This document shows, in pieces, positions 57,428 through 64,000 of a stretch of 64,000 bases of DNA. A program made the translations under genes and the position numbers. The number at the start of each line of letters is the position of its first letter. The first letter of the stretch is position 1. Origin of the DNA: an uncultured bacterium (GTDB lineage: Bacteria; Oederibacteriota; PGYV01; CAWJRG01); assembly GCA_963845185.1 (NCBI GenBank), contig CAWJRG010000010.1, positions 32,001 to 96,000 of the forward strand, written 5' to 3'. The notes beneath the pieces are model-generated. The model did no database searches. It worked only from the letters and a program-made list of their open reading frames with translations, and had not been told where the DNA came from.

Positions 57428-58795
57428 TTACCTCTTTGTCATCTCCGCCATCAATTCCACATGATAAGTTTGCGCGAACTGGTCAAGCGGGATAATTTCA
57501 TTTAATTTATATACCCCTTTCAACGATGAAAGATCCCTGGCATAGCTTGCTGGATTGCAGGATATATATATAAGTTTTCCTGCCGGTTTTTTACTGAGCG
57601 CGTTTACTACTCTTTGGTTCATGCCCGAACGCGGCGGATCAACAACGACAGCGTCGAATTTTTCGTCTTCCAGTAATTTTTCAGCCGCGTCCTCAACCCT
57701 TGAGTTTACTATTGATATATTTCTTATATTATTATGTTTGGCTATATCGTACAGGATTGCCGTACTTGTCTTTTCCGCCTCTACTATAGTTACTTCCCTG
57801 AATTTGCCTGCAGACGGCAGGGTCAGCGCGCCAACCCCTCCGTACAGGTCAAGTACCGACGATCCGCTTCCTGCTTTTTTGAAAACAAACGCAACCATTT
57901 TCTCCAGCATGCCCGCGTTCACCTGGAAAAAAGTCTGCGCCTCTAGCTTGAAATTAACGCCTGCCGCGCTTTCGATAAGATACGGTTTGCCAAAAATCAC
58001 CTTTTCCCTTTCTCCGTAAACATTGCTTGTGTCTTCAAGGTTAAAATTTGCAACTATGCCGTATATACCATCGCACTGCGCCTTTATCCTTTCCGCAGCC
58101 GTTTCAATAAATGATTTCACTTCTTTTCCTGCAACAACAAAAGTTACAAGCGCTTTCCCTTGAGTATTTACCCGCATCGTAACATGCCGCAGATAACCCC
58201 TGCGCTTATCCTGATTGTATATAGTAAGTCCTTTTGTATTTTCGTTCAAAACTTTACGGGTTATCTCGGCTATTTCGTTTATGCGCGGGTGCATGAGCAG
58301 GCATTTGTCAACGCCTGCTATTTCATGGCTACGCGCCTTAAAAAAACCGAGTTCCACTCCTCTTTGTGTCAGGACAGGCCTGTACTCTGCCCGGTTCCGG
58401 TAATTCAAAGGGATTTCGTACGATACAGGCGCAAGTATCGGGGGGTTTTTTATGCCGCCTGTTTTTTCTATCATTTCACGCATTATCCGTACTTTATGTT
58501 CGAGCTGGTATTTGTAAGGCATATTCATCCAGTCACACCCGCCGCAGATTCCAAAATATGGGCATGCCGGTTTTGAATAATACGGTGATTGTTTGATGAT
58601 GCTTTTTACCCGTGCCTTTGCTATGTCGTTTTTAGACTCTATTACCACGGCATTGACAATACTGCCCAGCAACACATAAGGTATATAAATGGAATACCCT
58701 TCAAAGTATGCTATTCCATCCCCGCCGTAAGCCAGCGAGGAAATCTCAAGTTCCAGTTCTTCTCCTATTTCAAGTTTATTTATATTGCGTTTCAC
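57428..58795 (-). CDS. rlmD: 23S rRNA m5U1939 methyltransferase
   Basis: TRAM domain, CPYFGICGGC, YRNR, FFQVN, DLYGGVG, VDPPRSG, YISCNP, HVE. Confidence 0.93.
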   Translation of the reverse strand: MKRNINKLEIGEELELEISSLAYGGDGIAYFEGYSIYIPYVLLGSIVNAVVIESKNDIAKARVKSIIKQSPYYSKPACPYFGICGGCDWMNMPYKYQLEHKVRIMREMIEKTGGIKNPPILAPVSYEIPLNYRNRAEYRPVLTQRGVELGFFKARSHEIAGVDKCLLMHPRINEIAEITRKVLNENTKGLTIYNQDKRRGYLRHVTMRVNTQGKALVTFVVAGKEVKSFIETAAERIKAQCDGIYGIVANFNLEDTSNVYGEREKVIFGKPYLIESAAGVNFKLEAQTFFQVNAGMLEKMVAFVFKKAGSGSSVLDLYGGVGALTLPSAGKFREVTIVEAEKTSTAILYDIAKHNNIRNISIVNSRVEDAAEKLLEDEKFDAVVVDPPRSGMNQRVVNALSKKPAGKLIYISCNPASYARDLSSLKGVYKLNEIIPLDQFAQTYHVELMAEMTKR

Positions 58796-60168
58796 GCCGG
58801 TTCCCCTGATTTTTCTTTGCGCCTTCCCGTGAGTGAAGTAAAAATTCCAACGATACAGAGCATGGCAAAAACCGTCAATGATATCTTTATGCTGGTCATG
58901 AACTGTGGATAAACCTCATGCGTGACATTTATTTTGCCGACAAGCGTTGACAGCACGAACATGGTTATTCCCATGCTGAGCATCTGTCCAAAAAGCCTCA
59001 CAGTACCTATCGTAGATGAGGCAACGCCGTAGTATTTCCGATCGACCGACCCCATTATGGCGCTTGTATTAGGCGATATGAATACAGCCAGCCCGAATCC
59101 CAGGAAAGCCAGCACCGCAATTATGGCCCAAAGCTTGGTTTCAGCCGTAACAAAAAGCATTATAATAAGAGATGCAGCTGTTAAAGCCATGCCAATGGAT
59201 GCCACCATACGCGCGTCTTTTTTATCAGATATTCTCCCGGCTATTGGTGAAAAAAACGCCATGAAAACCGGTTGGCTAAGCAGTATCATACCTGCCTGCC
59301 TCGGCTCCATTCCTTTTATGTACTGTAAATATAATGAAGCGAGGAACCCTACTGCGAAAGTCGCACTGTAATTTATCAACGACGACAGGCTTGAAAAAGC
59401 AAATATCTTGTTTTTCAAAAGCAGGTTGACATCAAAAACCGGCTGTTTTATGCATCCCTCCAAAATAAGGAAAGCAATAAATGAAGCCAGCCCGGCTAGC
59501 ATAATAAATATCCCGAACCTCTCGTGCATCTTTGTAGATCCGAACATCAATAATCCTATGGATACCGCATAAAGCGCTGAGCCAAGCAAATCAAACTTCT
59601 CGCCTTTTGCCTCGTGCCACTCACCCCTAAGAAAGATAAACGTGAGAATTATGATTACTATTCCCAGTACGACGTTCAGCCAAAAAATACTTCTCCATCC
59701 CCATGCCTGCGTCATTATGCCTCCAAGAAACGGGCCCAAAGACAGGCCAGTGTAAACAGACGCTGAGTTTATCCCTATTGCTTTTCCCCTTTCCTCAGGC
59801 GGGAATGCGGACGTAAGTATTGCCAGTGAAGTCCCGAATATCATTGACCCGCTGAGTCCCTGGAACAGGCGGAAAGCTATAAGCTCATGCCCCGTATGCG
59901 CGGCAGCACAGAGGAATGAGGAAACGGTAAAGAGTATCATGCCTGTTATAAATATAAGCTTCCTGCCGTATATATCCGAAAGCCTGCCGAATGGAACCAG
60001 GAAAACGGCAGCAGCAAGTATGTACGCTGTCGCCACCCATCCAAGCATTACCACGTCCATAGACATCTCCCTGCCTATGCTAGGCAATGCCAGGTTTGTT
60101 GACGAGGAAATAAAAGGCGTCAGAAATGCTGATAAACCGAATGTTAAAAGCAGCATTTTTTTGTTCAT
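58792..60168 (-). CDS. MFS transporter (DHA2/EmrB-like)
   Basis: N.ALPSI, GRLSDIYGRK, ERGKAIG, GWRSIF. Confidence 0.92.
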   Translation of the reverse strand: MNKKMLLLTFGLSAFLTPFISSSTNLALPSIGREMSMDVVMLGWVATAYILAAAVFLVPFGRLSDIYGRKLIFITGMILFTVSSFLCAAAHTGHELIAFRLFQGLSGSMIFGTSLAILTSAFPPEERGKAIGINSASVYTGLSLGPFLGGIMTQAWGWRSIFWLNVVLGIVIIILTFIFLRGEWHEAKGEKFDLLGSALYAVSIGLLMFGSTKMHERFGIFIMLAGLASFIAFLILEGCIKQPVFDVNLLLKNKIFAFSSLSSLINYSATFAVGFLASLYLQYIKGMEPRQAGMILLSQPVFMAFFSPIAGRISDKKDARMVASIGMALTAASLIIMLFVTAETKLWAIIAVLAFLGFGLAVFISPNTSAIMGSVDRKYYGVASSTIGTVRLFGQMLSMGITMFVLSTLVGKINVTHEVYPQFMTSIKISLTVFAMLCIVGIFTSLTGRRKEKSGEPA

Positions 60169-60239
60169 GTTTTTTCCTTTTAAAAGTATTGGTTATCTAA
60201 TATTTCCATCATTGCCTGTAAAAAAATTTCAATTAATTA

Positions 60240-61160
60240 TTAATGCCAGTTTGGATAAGTATCATCTGCTGATGGATCATTTGTAATTTTTACCGGGTCT
60301 GTGCCGTCGGCATTCATTACATAAATCTGAAAATTTCCGTTGCGATTGCTGCTAAATGCTATTTTTTTTCCGTCAGGAGACCATGAAGGGCTGTAGTCAT
60401 CTGCCGGATTCTTTGTGAGATTTACCGGATTTGTGCCGTCAGCATTCATTACATAGATTTCATAATTGCCATCACAATTGCTTGTGAATGCTATTTTGCT
60501 GCCGTCCGGAGAAAATGAAGGAAATACATCATTTGTTGTATTGTCTGTAAGATTTACTTGGCCTGATCCGTCAGCATTCATTAAATAGATTTCATAATTG
60601 CCATTGCGATTGCTGCTAAATGCTATTTTGCTGCCGTCCGAAGACCACGAAGGTCCGTAGTTGAATTTTTTGAGTGTTTTTGTTAGCCTTTTAAGGTTTC
60701 TTCCATCTGTATCCATAACATATATTTCAGAATTGCCGTCACGGTCGCTTGTAAATGCTATTTTGCTTCCGTCAGGGGAAAAACAAGGAAATCCGTCATC
60801 AGTTGTATTGTTTGTAAGATTTGCTTGATTTGTCCCATTAACATTCATAACGTAAATTTCCCGATTGCCGTCACGATCACTCATGAATGCAATTTTGCTT
60901 CCGTCAGGAGAAAATGTCGGGTGTGTGTTCGCTGATGAATTCTTTGTTAGTCTTACCACATTCGTACCGTTAATATTCATAACATAAATTTCATTATTGC
61001 CGTTTAGATTGCTCGTGAATGCAATTTTGTTAATTTGTACATGTGCAATTGATGTTTTTATTTTATTACAACAGCAAAAAGAAAAAATAATAATAGTTAG
61101 AGCAGCGATTCCTGTTAAAATTGTTTTTTGCAGATTTGTTACCGGCATTTTAATCGCCAA
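60240..61160 (-). CDS. TolB-like PD40-repeat beta-propeller, probable lipoprotein
   Basis: Six repeats PSWSPDGSKIAF.S.R.GN.EIYVMN.DG. Confidence 0.88.
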   Translation of the reverse strand: MAIKMPVTNLQKTILTGIAALTIIIFSFCCCNKIKTSIAHVQINKIAFTSNLNGNNEIYVMNINGTNVVRLTKNSSANTHPTFSPDGSKIAFMSDRDGNREIYVMNVNGTNQANLTNNTTDDGFPCFSPDGSKIAFTSDRDGNSEIYVMDTDGRNLKRLTKTLKKFNYGPSWSSDGSKIAFSSNRNGNYEIYLMNADGSGQVNLTDNTTNDVFPSFSPDGSKIAFTSNCDGNYEIYVMNADGTNPVNLTKNPADDYSPSWSPDGKKIAFSSNRNGNFQIYVMNADGTDPVKITNDPSADDTYPNWH

Positions 61161-61172
61161 TTTGATTAGTCC

Positions 61173-62096
61173 TTAATGCCAATTGGGATATGCGTCATGT
61201 GCTGCCGGATTTTTTGTAAGATTTACCGGATTTGTTCCATCGGCATTCATAACATAGATCTGATAATTGCCATCTCGCTTGCTCATGAACGCTATTTTGC
61301 TGCCATCAGGAGACCATGAAGGATATGTATCAGCTGCCGGATTCTTGGTAAGATTTACCGGATTTGTTCCATCGGCATTTATCACATAGATTTCATCATT
61401 TCCGTCCCGATTGCTTGTGAAAGCTATTTTAATTCCATCAGGAGAGCATGAAGGCGCAAAGTCAAATGCCGGGTTATCTGTTAACCTCACCGGCTGATTT
61501 ATGCCGTCAACATTCATTGAGTATATCTCTTGATTGCCGTCACGGCCGCTGCTAAATGCCATTTTTTTCCCATCGGGGAACCATGAAGGATTGCAGTTAT
61601 TTGCAGGATTGTATGAAATATTTATTTGATTTGTGCCATCTGTATTCATTATATAAATTTCAAAATTGAACTTATTATCACGGGTACTTTCAAATGCTAT
61701 CTTGCTGCCGTCCGGAGACCACGAAGGAAATGTGTCATCTGCCGGATTGTCGGTAAGGCGTACTGTATTTGTTCCGTCAAAATTCATGACATATATGTCA
61801 GTATTGCCGTCGCGATTGCTTGCAAATGCTATTTTGCTCCCGTCAGGAGAAATTGAAGGATACGTATCAGAATAAGTAGCAGGCGTGTGTTTTGTAAGAT
61901 TTACCTGATTTGTACCATCAGCATTCATGACAAATATGTCGGCATTGCCGTCACGGTTGCTTGTAAATGCTATTTTATTGATTTGTACATTTGATACTGG
62001 TTTTTTTATTTTATTACAACTATAAAAAAAAGGTGGGATAATGGTAAACAAAAAAATTCCTATGAGAGTTGTTCTTGGTAATTTCGATTTCAGCAT
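61173..62096 (-). CDS. TolB-like PD40-repeat beta-propeller, tandem paralog
   Basis: Same repeats; shares CNKIK...VQINKIAFTSN and YPNWH ends with its neighbour. Confidence 0.88.
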   Translation of the reverse strand: MLKSKLPRTTLIGIFLFTIIPPFFYSCNKIKKPVSNVQINKIAFTSNRDGNADIFVMNADGTNQVNLTKHTPATYSDTYPSISPDGSKIAFASNRDGNTDIYVMNFDGTNTVRLTDNPADDTFPSWSPDGSKIAFESTRDNKFNFEIYIMNTDGTNQINISYNPANNCNPSWFPDGKKMAFSSGRDGNQEIYSMNVDGINQPVRLTDNPAFDFAPSCSPDGIKIAFTSNRDGNDEIYVINADGTNPVNLTKNPAADTYPSWSPDGSKIAFMSKRDGNYQIYVMNADGTNPVNLTKNPAAHDAYPNWH

Positions 62097-62323
62097 TTTA
62101 GCCCCGAAAAGTCACAAATATCAGATCATATAATGCTTGTCACAAACTCTGCAATACTTGAATGTAAATTTTATGTTTCTTGTTTGAAAGCTTTGAAACA
62201 GAAATATTCCAGAGAAACGATATCAATAACTGAAATTGAGTTTGATATATGGCTGTTGTTGAGAAAATCAAGTCAAAAAAGTAATTGAATGATATTCTGA
62301 TAAATTAAAACCTAATTTGCCGC

Positions 62324-62596
62324 TTATTCAGGAGTACAATTATCCCTTGTTATGGTTCCACTCGGGCATCCGGATGCGTAACATCCTCCATCACAATAAT
62401 AAGCGTGCCCTGAAGTGCAGCATACGCTAACATCTGGGCACCATAGCGGATAAGCTGAGTTCGTGCAATGCTGCGTTGCCGTGGTCTTTGTACAACCCGT
62501 TAAACTGCCCAGAGCAATCAAAGCAAAAAGGCTTAATACTGCTGTAGTTGTTCGTATAATTCTTTTTAAACTATCTTTCATGTTTGTTTTTCTCAT
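62324..62596 (-). CDS. small cysteine-rich lipoprotein
   Basis: Lipobox LTGC followed by eight more Cys in ~55 aa. Confidence 0.75.
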   Translation of the reverse strand: MRKTNMKDSLKRIIRTTTAVLSLFALIALGSLTGCTKTTATQHCTNSAYPLWCPDVSVCCTSGHAYYCDGGCYASGCPSGTITRDNCTPE

Positions 62597-62994
62597 TTTT
62601 TCACCTGATCTTTAATGATTTTATGAATTGTCTAATTTTCACCAATTCAAATTTTTTCGATTTTATCAGCAAAACGTTTCGGAGTTAAATATTACTTCCA
62701 GTAGTTTGCCTTGAATTTATAATTATATTTTCACCTCCTTCTTTCTTGCAGATTTTAGATTCTCTTTGCGCTCTGCCTGATGACTCTTTCAATCTCGTTT
62801 GACCCGTCACAACCCACGCCTGACTGCGATACTCTTATGATACCAAGTAACCCTATACTGCAAGGTAGTTTTTAAAATTTCTTTAAACTTTCTCCAAAAG
62901 ATCCATAATAAATCGTTATCTGATTTAATTATGTATATATTGTAAATGATATTCTAGCATTTGTCAAGTATTTTATTAATTATTTTAAATCTAC

Positions 62995-63585
62995 CTAAAA
63001 TACTATAATTAGCTTTGTAAGTAAGCCAGTAGTAAATAATTTTATTTTTTCTCTTTTTTCTTCCGCCATTTTTTTTAGCTTTATCATGCTTCTTTCCATG
63101 TCTGGTCCAAAATATGAATCCAGCCCAAAAGAAATAAGTTTTGAAATGGGGTTCATGCCAACGTTTCCCGAAACTTTCCAGACCATCAGGGTTCCCAGAT
63201 CAGACGGTTTTAGTTCTATAATACCATCAAGCTGAAAAGTGCTGTCCTGGATTTTGGCGGAGTATTTTATCATTTTGTTTTTTTCGCTTTCTATTATATT
63301 CATTATGCCGCCGCCCATTGATTTCGCCTGCCAAATGGATTTTGCACCTTTGCCGTCCTTGCTCCCGCTGTTTTTATATTTTAAGGTTGAATCTTTTTCC
63401 GTAGTCCATGCCGACCACTTTTCCCAGTTATCCAGGTTATTGACATATTGGAATATTATCCCTGATTTGGCATTTATAAAAAGGCTCCTCTGCACAGACC
63501 AGTCAGACGGTATGGCAAAAGAAAGTAAAACAACAACCGCAAGTATTGCAAGAAAGGCTATGACAAAATCCATTGGTTTGTTCAT
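62995..63585 (-). CDS. SRPBCC/polyketide cyclase-family protein
   Basis: TM anchor, VQRS..I.A, W..WS.W, G.GA...W, G.D.E. Confidence 0.85.
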   Translation of the reverse strand: MNKPMDFVIAFLAILAVVVLLSFAIPSDWSVQRSLFINAKSGIIFQYVNNLDNWEKWSAWTTEKDSTLKYKNSGSKDGKGAKSIWQAKSMGGGIMNIIESEKNKMIKYSAKIQDSTFQLDGIIELKPSDLGTLMVWKVSGNVGMNPISKLISFGLDSYFGPDMERSMIKLKKMAEEKREKIKLFTTGLLTKLIIVF

Positions 63586-63649
63586 TTTTATACCCTCATT
63601 TTTTATTTTAATTGCTCACAATGTAAGTATACTGAAAAAAATCCCAAAA

Positions 63650-64000
63650 TCAAGTTTTTTTGCTTTTAATCTTCCTACCCTTGCTCTTTTCCCATAATTC
63701 CAGCATTTCTTTCTCTCTAATATCCTTATACAAATATTTTTCTATTTTCTTGAACCTTTTTATAAATTTGTCGCTTGTTTTTTGCAAAGCATTCTCCGGG
63801 TTTATCCTGCAAAAGTAAGCAAGGGAAACAAGCGCAAAGAATAAATCCCCTATTTCCTCCTGGATATGCATTTTTTTGCCATGCTTCAGCGCATCTTTGA
63901 CTTCACATAGCTCTTCCCCGACTTTTCTCAATATCTGCGCCTCTGTCCTCCATTTAAATCCTGTGCTCTGCGCCTTGCTTACAAGCCGCCTTGCGCGCAA
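63650..64000 (-). CDS. mazG: MazG nucleotide pyrophosphohydrolase, 3' part (gene starts beyond the window)
   Basis: KA...GF.W, K..EE..E, EEIGDLFFALV, PE.AL....KF..RF, LWE..K. Confidence 0.88.
   Translation of the reverse strand: MRARRLVSKAQSTGFKWRTEAQILRKVGEELCEVKDALKHGKKMHIQEEIGDLFFALVSLAYFCRINPENALQKTSDKFIKRFKKIEKYLYKDIREKEMLELWEKSKGRKIKSKKT

Noticed and set aside
60240..62096. Recurring AAATGCTATTTTGCT repeats at about 130-bp spacing
   Set aside because: Coding PD40 repeats of two tandem paralogs
62686..62742. Strong SD (AAGGAGGTG) on the minus strand
   Set aside because: No suitable start codon with an open frame follows; possibly a decayed gene

Overview
Chromosomal window of a low-GC, probably anaerobic bacterium. 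PolC, HprK, a mannose-class PTS, TIGR03545/6 and Thr-rich lipoproteins together suggest a candidate-phylum lineage such as Goldiibacteriota (inference only). From left to right: (1) a double-GAF sigma54 activator divergent from a sigma54 promoter driving glnA (split by a 1-nt frameshift)-amtB-glnK; (2) an AT-rich envelope block and a PolC that lacks the DEDDh exonuclease insertion; (3) galU-ptsI-ptsH-PTS Man IID/C/B/A-yvcK-hprK-ptsN-hpf; (4) two near-identical IS1182-family copies, both inserted in REP-like palindromes, around accessory lipoprotein genes, rpoZ and several tiny ORFs; (5) a MoxR/vWA (Bat) operon, an L,D-transpeptidase, a kinase-dCMP deaminase fusion and a Zn/Mn ABC transporter; (6) serS with a tRNA-Ser cluster carrying structured inserts and an interrupted pseudo-tRNA; (7) rlmD, an MFS transporter, tandem TolB-like genes and a partial mazG. 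The strongest novel signal is a ~100-nt two-hairpin element on the minus strand. It occurs four times in full and twice as fragments, shows compensatory base changes, and always ends at a Shine-Dalgarno sequence (hpf, NCS2 purine permease, dCMP deaminase, DUF2934 locus). It is a candidate undescribed cis-regulatory RNA or structured repeat.
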